This document shows, one piece after another, positions 36,178 to 48,929 of a stretch of DNA of 64,000 nucleotides. The notes under the pieces are model-generated. The model worked only from the letters and a program-made list of their open reading frames with translations. It did no database searches and was not told the origin of the DNA. Within the stretch, counting starts at the first letter, position 1, and each line of letters starts with the position of its first letter. The DNA is taken from assembly GCF_022539665.2 (NCBI RefSeq), contig NC_081332.1, positions 6,944,001 to 7,008,000 of the forward strand, written 5' to 3'. Source of the stretch: Daphnia carinata (lineage: Eukaryota). Both the position numbers and the translations under genes were made by a program.

Positions 36178-39100
36178 TTAGAATCTTGATACTTCATTAC
36201 GTTGCCGTAAGTTGTATCGTGGATTCGTCATTCTAGTAGGCGCAGGATAATTTGGTATAGGACCGGGAATATTTGGTGTGGTGATGTTGTGAAACTCTTC
36301 TTCTGTCGTTTGATATATACACTTTTTAGGGGGAGGCTTTCTTTCGTTGTTGCTGCTGTGTTTTCTTGGCCTTCCTGGCCCTCTTCGTACTGCCTCATTA
36401 CCCGGTCGGTTGATCTCATATGATGTCCCTTCTGTTCCTTTATTTCCTGGGACGTACAATTTTAGGCGGTTGACGTGTACTATTGATTTTAGTTTTTCAC
36501 TGTTGGCATTTTGAATCTCGTAAGTGAGATCTGAGTAATTTTTGGTAATTTTGAATGGTCTATTCCACTTGTTGATGAGTTTTCCGGCAGTTGGTGGGGC
36601 TTTTAGTAGCACAAAATCACCAATGTTGTATTTAATTGCTTTTGTTCCTTCGTCGTAATATCTTTTTTGTCTTGTCTGCGCCCGAAATAGGTGTTCCTTC
36701 GCTAGTTGCTGAGCCTTCTTCCATTGATGTGAGTACATTACACTGGTGTCTTCGTATGTCTCGTATCGTCTGTCTATTTTGATGTCGTTCGAGAGCACAG
36801 GGTGTCTTCCAAAGAATAGGAAGAATGGGGTTTGTTGTAGTGTTGATTGCTTCGCTGTGTTGTAAGCAAATGTGACGAACGGGAGATATTTGTCCCAATT
36901 TCCAGGTTCACTTCCCACGTAGCAAGCTAACATGTTACACAGGGTTCTGTTAAATCGTTATACTAATCCGTGTGTTTGGGGGTGGTATCCTGTTCTTATT
37001 TGTTTGATCTTGAACATTTTGCAAATTTCTTGGATTAAGTACGACAGGATGTTAGTCCCTTGATCTGTTAGGACTACTTCGGGGGATCCATATTTCGTAT
37101 AAATATCATAAACCAAGATTGTAGCAATTGTTTGGGCAGTGTGATCTTTCATCGGCACTAAAAAAACGAAACGACTGGTGTAATCTGATAGGACTAAAAT
37201 GTACCTATGTCCCTTTTCGCTTATTGGAACTGGACCCACAATATCCATCGCAAGTCTTTCCCACACCCTTTCAGCTGGGGACATAGGTTGCAATGGTGCT
37301 TTACTTCCTCCCATAGCTGTGCGTTTTACGCATTTTAAGCAATTTTTGATGTATTCTGTTACGTTTTGTCGCATGTGTGGAAAGAAGTATTGCTCTCGCA
37401 GTCTGGCTATTGTTTTTTTCTATTCCTAAATGTCCTGCTAACATGTGGTCATGATTTGCTTGTAAGATCCCTGTGACTGACGTCCTAGGGACTACTAGGT
37501 TTCCTTGCCTATCCGTTAATAAACCTTTTTCGTTGATTATAAAGCTGCTTCTAAATCTGTTACTTTTCTGATCTTCTTGTATATTCATCATTAATTTTTG
37601 GCAATATTTATCTGCTTGCTGTTGTTCTAGCCATTTGTCTTCTCTCCAAGACCTTTTGCTTTCACTTCCAATTTCTCTTTCCATACCGTTGCTTTCCTTT
37701 TTATGATTTTCCCTTTCAAAACTTTCACTTTCTGTCTGACTACTTTCGTTTTCTCTCTCAAGTTGTTCTTGTTTCCTTAATTTTTCAATTTGTAGTTTGT
37801 TTTTTATTCTTTCACTTTCTTTTCGATTTCTTTCAAGCTCTTTTATGACAATTTCTTTTTCCTTTGCCCTTGTTTCTACTCTTGCTAGTGGCACTATGGG
37901 AATACGGCTTAGGGTGTCAGCATTTTGGTGCGACTTCCCAGGCCGGTATCCAATGACGATGTCAAATTCTTGTAGTTTGAGTGCCCATCTAGCTAATCTT
38001 CCTGCGGGTTCGGTCTTGCTCATTAACCATTCTGAAGGTCTATGGTCGGTAAATACGGTAAATCTGCGTCCGTATAGATATGTCCTAAATACGTCAATTG
38101 CGTGGATAATTTCGTAAGCCTCTTTCTCTGTGGTTGACCACTTGGCCTCGCGATCGTTCAGATGTTTAGAGCTATACGCGATGACGACTTCCACGTCGTC
38201 TGATTCACGGGTTTCCCGTACGTCGGACTCCGCTGAATCCGCTGATTGAGGTAGAGTCTGCATCTGAGCCAAGACTGCTCCTATTCCATATCCTGAAGCA
38301 TCTGTGTAGATGATAAATTCGCGCGTGAAATATGGATACCCTAGGATAGGTCTAGTTATGAGACAGTTCTTGATACAGTCAAAAGCGTCCTTTTGTTCCT
38401 CTCCCCATTTCCACTCGGCTGATTTTCTCGTTAGCGCTGTCAGTGGGTGGGCTTTATCAGCAAAAGCCCTGATGAATTTTCTATAATAGCTAGCCAGACC
38501 TAAAAATGAGCTCAATTCTTTCACGTTTTTGGGAGCGGGGTATTCTATGATTGCTTCTAATTTTTCCGTACTCGGTGTTATTCCTTTTTTCGAAACAATG
38601 TATCCTAAATAATCTAATTCTTCCTTGAAAAATTCGCATTTCTTCCGTTTTAACTTTAGTCCTGCGTCTTTAAGAAGCTTAAACACCGCTTCTAGATGTG
38701 TCACATGTTCAGCAATATCATTACTGAACACTATGATGTCATCCAGATAAACCAATGCGAACCTGAACAATACTGATTTCAAGATGTTATTCATTGCACG
38801 TTGAAAAGTGCTTGATGCATTTGTTAATCCAAATGGCATTCTATTAAATTCGTATTGTCCAAGTTCACAGATGAAAGCGCTTTTGTGTTTGTCACTTTCT
38901 TCTATCTCGATCTGCCAGTAGCCGCTCAGTAAGTCCAATGTTGAGAAGTAAACTGATCCACTCAATGCTTCAATGGTGTCATCAACTCTTGGTAATGGAT
39001 ATTTGTCTTTTACGGTTATTTTGTTTAGTGCCCTATAATCAATACAGATACGCATTTCTTCGTCTTTTTGGGTACCATTACAATGGCTGCTGCAAATGAA

Positions 39101-40169
39101 CTGTGACTTTCTCTAGTAATTTTGTTACTTAACATTACTTCAATTTTTGTTTTTACAATATGTTTTAATGCTTCTGGAGTTCTGCGCAATCTTAGAGTAA
39201 TTGGGGCGTTGTATCCTATGTTAATGGGATGCTTTACATCAGTTGCTAGGCCCAAATCTGATTCTTTTTCTGCGAATAGGGCCCCATGTTTTTTTAATAG
39301 AATTTCAATTTTAATGCGTATCTCTTCAGAGATGTTGGTTGTTTCACCTTCGTGGCTTTGTCTGATTCGTTTTGATTTCATATTATTGTCTGATTGGGAA
39401 AAAGATTCTAGGCTGCGGTAATCTGCTTCTGTAAGGTCATTGTTATCGTTATTTTCTGGTTTTTGGTCTGGGAGGAGTGGAATGTGAATGCCTACTTTGC
39501 CAAATGTTAGGCTATATATTGGGTGTATATTTGTTCCAAAGTTGTGTTCTACCCCAAAATGGTCGTAATTGATCTGTCTGTTTCTAGTATTAATTTTTAC
39601 ATTGTTGCTTGATAAGAAGTCTAAGCCCAGGATACAAGTTTCACTTAAGTTTCCCATGATAAAGAAATGATGATTAATAACGTGATTGTCGTTAATGATA
39701 ATTGAAAATTCAAATTTTCCCATTGATTTTAGTATTTCCCCTGAAACCGTTCTAAATATTGGTGAGGGAGTGTTTTTAATTTCTTTAAGTTCTTCCCTCT
39801 TCTTTAGGTTGAAAAATATGCTGTCTGAAATTAAACTGGCTGCGGCCCTTGTATCTACTAAAGCGTATTTCTTTTCCAAAAATTCTAACGGGTAAACGTA
39901 TTAGTTTGGGTATCGCTGATTCTAAATTATTTGTTGGGGAATTATTTGGTAAGGATATCGTGTTTACTACATTGGACGGCGGTTCGGATTGTTGATACGT
40001 GCCATATCTGTCCAACATTCTCGTGGAATGCGTCCTCTTTTATTGCCATTGTAACAGATAATAATCTTATTCCCAAGGGTGTCGAGGGTGTTTGGCTGGT
40101 TTTGTCGCTGCTATGGGTATTGTTGAGGATAACCCGGGTTTTGTTGATACACTTGTTGATTGTTGTGTG
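36178..40169 (-). pseudogene. Element A pol (PR-RT-RH-IN) and 3' end of gag, frameshifted; gag truncated by B's 3' LTR
   Basis: ALVDTRA, VYLDDII, TDASGYGIGA, HDHMLAGHLG, MDIVGP, TDQGTN, ending YNLRQRNEVSRF*. Confidence 0.93.
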
Positions 40170-40372
40170 TGTAAAGTTCCTTATACCTCGTGTATTACAG
40201 TGGATTGTCGTAACAATTCCGAATTTCATGGTACAAACATGCAGTATTTATACTACTTAAGAACACACAAATTGAAGGTGAAATGGGAGGGGATACGTTC
40301 ACTTTCACTTGTGAAACGCTTGAGGGATGTAAAGGGTGTAGCTGTCTTTGGATAGCCTTTGGGCTCGTTACA
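40170..40372 (-). repeat. Internal LTR (3' LTR of element B), a diverged variant
   Basis: TGTAAAG...CGTTACA, 203 bp, same PPT as A. Clearly more diverged from the outer LTRs in its first ~120 bp. Confidence 0.93.
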
Positions 40373-40592
40373 TTCCTTCCCCTCTTCAATAATAAGAATT
40401 GGTCCACCAATTTGCTTTTTCCGTCACCGTCTACAGTTGTTGCTATGGATGAATAATAAAACTTGTTCCTTCACCAAAAACATATAAAAAAGAGTCATAT
40501 GTGTTTTTTAAAAAGATTGTTGACGTAGTGCCTCCTTTCTTTTCTGCTTTGATTCTAGCTTTTCTTTCTGCCTGGTATTTCGGCTATATTGA

Positions 40593-41165
40593 CTATAGTT
40601 TGCTCCTTCCCCCTTTGGCTGTCTTGCTGGTTTTCTCTTCTTTTAGTCGAGAGGTTACCGTTATGCTCCTGTTCCCATTTTCCGAGGAGGGTTTGCGCTC
40701 TTTTACTGCATGCTTCAGTTTCCTTTTGTTGGTCGTCTGGTTTGTTCGTTTTCGCGGAGGTTGACATTGAAGATAGTCTTCACTGTCGTATCCTATTGTA
40801 AAGTCAACACTGTAGTCACTTTCCAAATCGGGTTCTATTCCACTATACGCCATTAATCCCTCGTTTTCATCATCACTTGATTCACTACTGTCATTTACTT
40901 CCTCTTTATTTCCGTAAAAGTCGTTCTTTTCCGTTTCTATTCCATTCCATCCCATGTATTGCACTAATTTCTTGTTTTCATCCGCACTTTTCGCACTTGC
41001 TTTTGCTCTGCAGTCCGGTTGGCTATCCTCACTTTCGGTGTCGTCGATGGTGATCAGTTCGTATACTTTTTCCATTTTCCCGGGGATTATGGTACCTTTA
41101 TAGTCGTAAACTTTGGTGATGAAATTATTAGCCATGTTGGAATGAATTAATGGTACGTGGTGCAC
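40593..41165 (-). CDS. Unknown acidic/basic ORF in the post-env slot of element B
   Basis: 190-codon ORF with an acidic tract (DSSESSDDENE) and a basic NLS-like tract (PPRKR..KRKLK). Sits where A has the ankyrin ORF; no recognisable domain. Confidence 0.45.
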   Translation of the reverse strand: MHHVPLIHSNMANNFITKVYDYKGTIIPGKMEKVYELITIDDTESEDSQPDCRAKASAKSADENKKLVQYMGWNGIETEKNDFYGNKEEVNDSSESSDDENEGLMAYSGIEPDLESDYSVDFTIGYDSEDYLQCQPPRKRTNQTTNKRKLKHAVKERKPSSENGNRSITVTSRLKEEKTSKTAKGGRSKL

Positions 41166-42214
41166 ACTCTGAATTGTGAAACTTTGCAGGATTTATGTCG
41201 TTGAAACACTGGGGAGAGTTTCGCATTTTTGCAAACCTTTCAAAGTTTGTCGCATTGCTTTTCTCTTTTCCTTTAAGTTCTTGATTCTATGTTCTTAATT
41301 TATTAACAAGTTTTCGTGCATTTAATTTTGTTCTCTTTTCTGTTTTCTCACCTTGGTTCTACGTCTTGTGATGCGTTGACAATTGGATTTATCGTAGTGC
41401 GAGTCGACGAAAATCCTGTTTGTATTTGAACTTTCTTTATTCCTTTTTAATTGTTGTCCGTTCTTATAGAGATTTTATTGAACTTCTTGAGTTAGTTATC
41501 TTCGTTCTTTTCTTTCGTAGAGATTACTGCTTCTTTTTGTTGCTCTTGTTTGAATAAACAATTTATATATTTTTTGAGTAATAATCTGATTTCTTTCAGC
41601 AACCATCTTGGATACGCACGTTACCGCGATGTCTATCCTTTGAGGTTCGCCCGGTTTCTTTGGTGGCTGGAGTCTGGTGATGATATTTATCACCCTACTC
41701 CAACGTCTTCTCGGTTGATTGAGCATCTCCAAGAAGAACATGAAGATCGGTTGGCGATAACACATGTTGCCCAGATTTACAATTATCTACTCTATGGTGA
41801 TCCTCTTCCCGGTGGACGAATGATTATATTTTCCTCTGTTTGTGTTATTATTTGTGTTTGTTTGTTATTTTGTAGTTAAGGTGTTAGGTGGAAATACAAA
41901 AAAATTATTCGAGTTTGTGTGTTTGTTTGTTTTGTCTATCATAAAGTTTTTTAAGTTTATTGTTTTGTTTTTGCTTTTGATTTTGTAGATAATTTGTCAG
42001 TTGGGAATACAAAATGTTATTTGAGTTTGTTTTACTATAAAGTTTGAAGTAAGGCACAATGGTAAGGAAAAAAAAATAAGAATCAACTTAATTGTTGAAG
42101 TTTTTAAATGCTGGTAAGTGTTATTCGCTGGGGCTGCTAATTTATTATATAATTAATGAAATTTTCAAGGGCTATGTTTAGTGGCTACTTTTAATTTCGA
42201 TGACCTTGGGACTT

Positions 42215-45200
42215 TTACTTTTTGGCTGAATTACTGTTGTCTGTTTCTGACATGCAACGACATAGGTCTTCCCAAACCATGCCATACCCTACTACGTAAG
42301 TACATGTTGTGTGTTTTCCTGTGCAACTTTTGGGTGTGTCGGCTTCTTCGATAGATGGGTAGATTAATGAATTTGGTGCGCTTGGTCGTGGAGGGCGCAC
42401 TTGACCTTGTCTTTCCATTGTCAGTTGTGTAGGGGCGGGTGTTCTTACGAACGGTTGTTCGATGGCTATTTCTGAATGATAATTTGTTTCTCGTGCCGGT
42501 ATCATTGATGCCAGTTCGTGGTCTTCCTCTATGCCATCATCGTATCTGCTTGTAAACTTCCGGTTTCGGCGGATATGTTCTTTAATCTTCGAGATGGGGT
42601 TGCAAATGATGAAGATTCGTAAACATACAAGGAATAGCACAAATCCAATCGCTGAAAGGCCTATTATTTTCAATTTGTCGAACCATGATAACATGTGACC
42701 TATCTGATTATTTTGTTGCTCTGACATCACAATATCTCCAACAGAATTGGAATTTCCTTCTTGCATTCTGCCAACTAGGTCATTTGGAATATTTAATTTT
42801 TCCATCTCCATTGTCTCGTGTGCTGGATGACTTTTTAGCAAGAAGTCGAAATCATTTAGGTGGACTTCTTCAAATTCTGTAATGAGGTCTAGATTAGGCA
42901 TGTGGATGCTAGGTTTCTGTCGTATCCAATCTCCTGTTGTAGAGTTGTGTTCCCAGGTGTGTGGATTTCCATTCAAATTCACTAACGGTGTTTTCCAAAA
43001 ACAATCGGAAAATGGATGAATTGACCATCCATCTGTTCCGATCGTACAGTTTTTTCCTTCGTAAGTAAAGAACGGTTGAAATCCACATTTTGTTTCATTC
43101 GCTGATATAAAAATTCTTTTGGCTTCGCATTGTTGAAGTGTCATTGCTTGACCGAAGCCTTGTAGTCTCGTGCAGATTGGTAAACCTACTGCTGCTGCGG
43201 CCAAAATTCCATTTGTTTGAGCTAAGATAACAGCTTGTGATCTTGATGATGGCTGATAGTTGACAATACATATCTCGAATTTCTTTTGCGAGTTTGTTCT
43301 CGTGTTCTGTTTCAATGCTGATTTTGTATTGGTCGTGCATCTTGCTTATTTCGTATTTAATCTTTTCGTTGAATTCCTCGATGTTTTTGGGGAGACCGCT
43401 TTCTATATTTTCAGTATTTAATGATTCTTCTGTTTTCTGGTCCATTAACAGGGATTCTGCTGGCGGTAAATGTTGAATATTGTCTTCTTCTATGGCCTGA
43501 ACTTGATTTTTTTCTGTTGTAGTCGTTGTTTCTGCTGTAGCTAATGGGGTCATCCTGGCTGTCTGTGTTGATGGTTGTGGGGTCGTCGAACTCTCTTTTA
43601 CTGTCGTCGTACTTTGCGTAGTTGTGTTTGGCTGGCGCGTTGGTGTTGGAGCTGTTGTTGTGGAACTCGTAGTGGGCATAGTTGTCGTTGACGTAGGCTT
43701 AGTAGTTGTACTTGTTGTTGAAGTCGAAGTTATTTTTACAGTTGTCGTAGGCCTAGTTGTAGTGGTAGGTTTAGTGCTTGTTGACGTGATTATTGGCTTT
43801 GTAGTTGCTGGGGGTTTTGATGAAGTTGACGTCATATTTGGCTTAGTAGTAATTCTATGCGTTGTTGTGAGTTTGTTTGTTGCTGTGGTTACAATTGGCC
43901 CAATTGTAGTCGTAGTTTTTACCGTTGTTTTTGTCGTTGTTCCCAATGTTGTTTTTATTGTTGGCTTCGAAGTCGTCGTCGCGCTTGTCGTTGTTGTGGA
44001 TTTTTCTGTTGTGGGCGTGGCAGGGGGCGGGGCCAATGTTTCATTCTTTTCTGATTGGTTGTTTACTTCTCTTTGCATCAGTGGTGGAATGTATGGGAGG
44101 TTTTTCCCGTCCAATGGGTGTTGAGTGTGTAGTGCAATGATGGCTGCCGCTGAGAGCGTTTTTGGCTGGTGGGAGTTCCGATATTCGAAACTAAAATGTT
44201 GTTTTTGGCTGGAGCCGTGACAATGCCCCAGGCTCACTCGTTCTACTCTCTGTGTGAGACACTTTCTGTCTGATGAGGGTGAATGTAACCCCGTTCTATC
44301 TGTCGCCATGAGATGCCCTGTGTGTTCGAATGTGCCCCAAACTGAACTGGTTTTAGCGCATTCCTGGAGCACTAACATTGTCGTTTTGGCTTTGATACAT
44401 GTGTTTGTATTAAAAGGTCTGATGGTAAAATCAGATGTGTATTCGAAAGCTTGTCCTTGTTTTTTTGTTCTGCTGCAGTTAGCAACTGTAGTTTGTGATC
44501 GCACTAATGGGACATTACTGGTTACAAGTGTCCTTAGTTCTTCTTGACATTTGGTCCAATGCGTGTTGCATTCTTCTAGTGTCATCTGTTTGTTTACTCC
44601 GTGGTGTGTTAAACAGTTTTCATTCGGTGCTTTTCCATTCTTCAATAGTCCCCAGTCAATCATGTCCCAGATTATATTTCCGCTACCGTGGTTAGTTTTT
44701 AAAATTCCTCCGAATAGTGGCGAATTAATCGTGGTTGTGATTGCCTTTCGTTGTTCTTGCTGAATTTCTTGCATTTCTGCCAAAGTGGTGTCCGGGAAAT
44801 TTTCTAGGATGTCTGGATTGGTGTTTACAGTTTCGAAGATCCATTTTTGTGTTATGCTGTTTTTGTCCTTTCTGCACTCTGTTAGTATGATAGTTTGTTG
44901 GTTTCCGAGTGTAATACAGAGGTTTGATTCCTGTGAAATTAATTGATAATTTTGTTGATCTAGGATCCATCTTGTAGAATATTCTGAACATTTGGCCACG
45001 ATCACTCTGGCTGCTTCTCCTTCTGTGATACATATATCACCGTTCTGCACTCGGATTGTTTGGTCAACGATGTATTCGAATTCTGATCCTTGTGGAAGTG
45101 GATCATCGTTTTTGAGACGAAAGTATGAGGTTACCTGGTTGCTTTCTTCTGGTTTGTATATTATGTATATCGTTGCGTTGTAATTCACGAACCGGTCTTT

Positions 45201-46254
45201 CTCTCCGATTCTGACTGATTGTGGATATCCCATTCTGATTGGTCCCCAGGCGTACGAAATGCTGTAAAGGCGTTTGCCTGAGTCTTCAAGGGGAGTGCTG
45301 ATCAAGAACGTAACTTCCTGCTGAATGGATCGTTTCCGTTTGGTTAACTGTAGTTCCCTGTAGTCCTTACACACCGATGTATCTAGGTGAGTGTTCTGAA
45401 TGCATGTATGTATAGTTGTTTTGAACATCTCGTACAGTTTTCTCGTAGTTTCAGTTGGAAAGATTAGGTATGTGAGCGGTATGCCCATAACTTTGTAACC
45501 TTGTGGTGTTATGTCCCGATCTGGTTTTAGTTGAGGAATGAAATCTCGATCTGTCGATTGGTGTCGTAGAGACGGCTGGTGTTTTCGTGTTCTGGCAATC
45601 TTGGGAGTTCTAAACTCCTTTAAGCAGTGTTTGTATGTATGAATTGTTTGTTGTTCTGTCTACCCACACAATTGTATTCTGGTTCTGGATGAAGTGTCCT
45701 TCTTGTTGTGTTGTGTTCAAAGGTCCGAAAGGACTTTCGATTAGGTCGTCTGGTTTTTCTTGTTGTAGCGTGATTCGTTCTGCTACACAGTTGAGGGTAT
45801 GGTATTGTTTTATGGCATACCATTGCCCTTCGCCTGTCGGAGTGGCTGTAAAACTTAGTCCTGCTGGTCCGGTCTGCATGTTGTTATCGCCACACTTCTT
45901 GTCGTTCACCATTCTCCAGCATTCCAGTGGGGTAATTAGTTTAGTTTCTTGTGTATATATTGTGTCGAAAGATCCGATCCAAAATGATCCAGTTATTTTC
46001 TTTGTTTTTATCCATTGCTTGCAGGTCCAGCCTTTCCAAGAAGCTGCTGGTTTCTGTGTCGTTTTTAAAGTGTACAACGTGGATATTCTGGGTAAGTGAG
46101 CTGTATCTGATTCTTTGTTGTTGCAGTAATATGGTGCTTCTATATCTAAAATTCCTCTGGTCTTTACGTTCTTGCAGTCGCATACGGTTGAATAGATGGG
46201 ATATGTGGATGGAATGATGGTGAGTAATTGGATGAGTAATAGTATCAGTTCCAT
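42215..46254 (-). pseudogene. Element B env-like glycoprotein (~1,350 aa reconstructed): class III-like fusogen with two ricin-B-like domains and a mucin region; several frameshifts
   Basis: Signal MELILLLIQLLTII; CDC..C; GWTC..FWIG..ITPLEC..QWYA..IVW; KRKRS; beta-trefoil-like C/QxW/QxF repeats; Thr-rich tract; helix; FGQAMTLQQC..CGFQP; TM; tail. Joined from ORFs 45610-46254, 43095-45488 and 42215-43315. Confidence 0.85.
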
Positions 46255-46277
46255 CTGCGAAAAGAAAATTTGTATGT

Positions 46278-48900
46278 TTAGAATCTCGATACTTCGTGGC
46301 GTTGCCGTAAGTTGTATCGTGGATTCGTCATTCTAGTGCGTGCAGGATTATCTGGTATGGGACCGGGGATATTTGGTGCGATGGTAATACAATTCTCCGC
46401 CCTTGCTGTTTGACGTATATGCGTTCTAGGGACAGGCCTTCTTACGTTGTTACTGAAGTTTGATGATCATGATTTGCTCGTAAAATTCCGTTGATTAACG
46501 GTATAGGGACTACTAATTTTCCTTGTCTATCTGTTAATAGACCTTTTTCATTGATAATAAAGTTGCTTGAGAATTTCTTATTTCTATTTTTCTGGCTATC
46601 TTCTTGTATTTTCATCATTAGTTTTTGACAATATTTATCTGCTTGCTGTAGTTCTATCCATCTGTCTTCTCTCCAAGACCTTTTACTTTCACTTCCAAAT
46701 TCTCTTTCGAAACCTACGCTCTTCTTTTGAAGACTTTCCCTCTCAAAACTTTCGCTTTCGTTTTGAATACTTCCATTTTCTTTCTCTAGGTGTTCTTGTT
46801 TCTTTAATCTTTCGATCCTTAGCTTTTCTTTTAGTCTTTCACTTTCTTTTCAAATATTTTCAAGCTCTCTTATGACGGTTCTTTTTTCCATTGCCCTTGT
46901 TTCTACTCGTGCTAGTGGCACTATGGGAATACGGCTTAGGGTGTCAGCATTTTGGTGCGACTTCCCAGGCCGGTACCCAATGACGATGTCAAATTCTTGT
47001 ATTTTTAGTGCCCGTCTAGCTAATCTTCCTGCGGGTTCTGTCTTGCTCATTAGCCATTCTAAAGGTCTATGGTCTGTAAATACGGTGAATCTGCGTCCGT
47101 ATAGATATGTCCTAAACACGTCAATTGCGTGGATGATTGCGTAAGCCTCTTTCTCTGTGGTTGACCACTTGGCTTCGCGGTCGTTCAGATGTTTAGAGCT
47201 ATACGCTATGACGACTTCCACGCCGTCTGATTCACGGGGTTCCTGTACGTCGGACTCCGCTGAATCCGCTGATCGAGGTAGAGTCTGCATCTGAGCCAAG
47301 ACTGCTCCTATACCATATTCTGAAGCATCTGTGTAGATGATAAATTCGCGCGTGAAATCTGGATACCCTAGGATAGGTCTAGTTATGAGACAGTTCTTGA
47401 TACAATCAAAGGCGTCCCTTTGTTCCTCTCCCCATTTCCACTCGGCTGGTTTTCTTGTTAGCGCTGTCAGTGGGTGGGCTTTATCAGCAAAAGCCCTGAT
47501 GAATTTTCTGTAATAGCTAGCCAAACCTAAAAATGATCTCAATTCTTTCACGTTTTTGGGAGCTGGGTATGTGATGATCGCTTCTAGCTTTTCGCATTTC
47601 TTTCTTTTCAACTTTAGTCCTGCGTCTTTAAGAAGCTTAAACACTGCTTCTAGATGTGTCACATGTTCAGCAATATCATTGCTGAACACTATGATGTCAT
47701 CCAGATAAACCAATGCAAACCTGAACAACACTGATTTCAATATGTTATTCATTGCTCGTTGGAAAGTGCATTTGTTGGTGCATTTGTTAGTCCAAATGGC
47801 ATTCTATTGAATTCGTATTGTCCAAGTTCACAGATGAAGGCGGTTTTGTGTTTGTCACTTTCTGCTATCTCGATATGCCAGTAGCCACTTAGTAAGTCCA
47901 ATGTTGAGAACTAAACTGATCCGCTCAATGCATCAATGGTGTCGTCAATTCTTGGTAATGGGTATATATCTTTTACGGTTATTTTGTTAAGTGCCCTATA
48001 GTCAATACACATACGCATCTCTCCATCTTTTTTGGGAACCATTACATTTGCTGCTGCAAATGGGCTGTGACTTTCTCTAATAATATTGTTATAAATCATT
48101 ACTTCAATTTTTGTTTTGACAATTAGTTTTAATGCTTCTGGTGTCCTGCGCAATCGTTGAGTTATTGGGGCGTTATTTCCTATGTTAATGGAATGTTTTA
48201 CATCAGTTGCTAGTCCTAAATCTGATTCTCTCTCTGCAAATAGAGCTTCGTGTTTGTTCAATAGATGTTCGATTTTAATGCGTATCTCGTCAGGGATATT
48301 AGTCACTTCACTTTCTTGGGTTTGTCCAATTCGTTTTGATTTTTGGTTAATTTCTGATTGGGAAAAAGATTCTAGGCTGCGATAATCTGCTTCTGTCAGA
48401 TCGTTGTTGTAGTTACTATCTGATGATCGATCTGGGAGGAGTGGGATATTAATACCTGCCTTGCCAAAAGTTATGCTGTATACTGGGAGTGTGTTTTTTC
48501 CAAAGCTATGTTCTTTCCCGGAATGATCGTAATTGATCTGACTGTTTTTAGTATTAATTTTTACATTGTTGCTCGATAAGAATTCTAATCCTAATATGCA
48601 AGTTTCGTTTAAGTTTTCCATAATAAAGAAATCATGCTTAATGACGTGATTGGTGTTAATGGTGATTGAAAATCCATATTTCCCTTTTGATTTTAGTATT
48701 TCTCCTGACACCGTTCTAAATATTGGCGAAGGGGAGCCTTTAACTTGTTAAAGTTCTTCATACTCCTTTAGATTAAAAAATATGTTGTCTGAAACTAAAC
48801 TGGCTGCTGCTCCTGTGTCTACTAAAGCTTTAATTTCTTTTCCAAAAATTCTAATGGTTATACGTATTAGTTTGGGTATCGCTGTTTCTAAATTTTGTGT
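46278..48900 (-). pseudogene. Element B pol (PR-RT-RH) with the integrase core deleted
   Basis: ALVDTGA, VYLDDII, TDASEYGIGA. At ~46465, ANHDH joins directly to the integrase C-terminal tail, so ~1.1 kb present in A is missing. Confidence 0.92.
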
Positions 48901-48929
48901 TGGAGCGTTGTTTGGTAGGGATATTGTGT

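Noticed and set aside
42100..42215. Dicistrovirus-like IGR IRES after env (gcagcccc, ttttgtattt)
   Set aside because: Only short word matches in the wrong order. No pseudoknots could be supported by eye.
43624..44124. Val-rich plus-strand ORFs (also 24054-24416) as membrane proteins
   Set aside because: They are the antisense of the Thr-rich mucin region of env.
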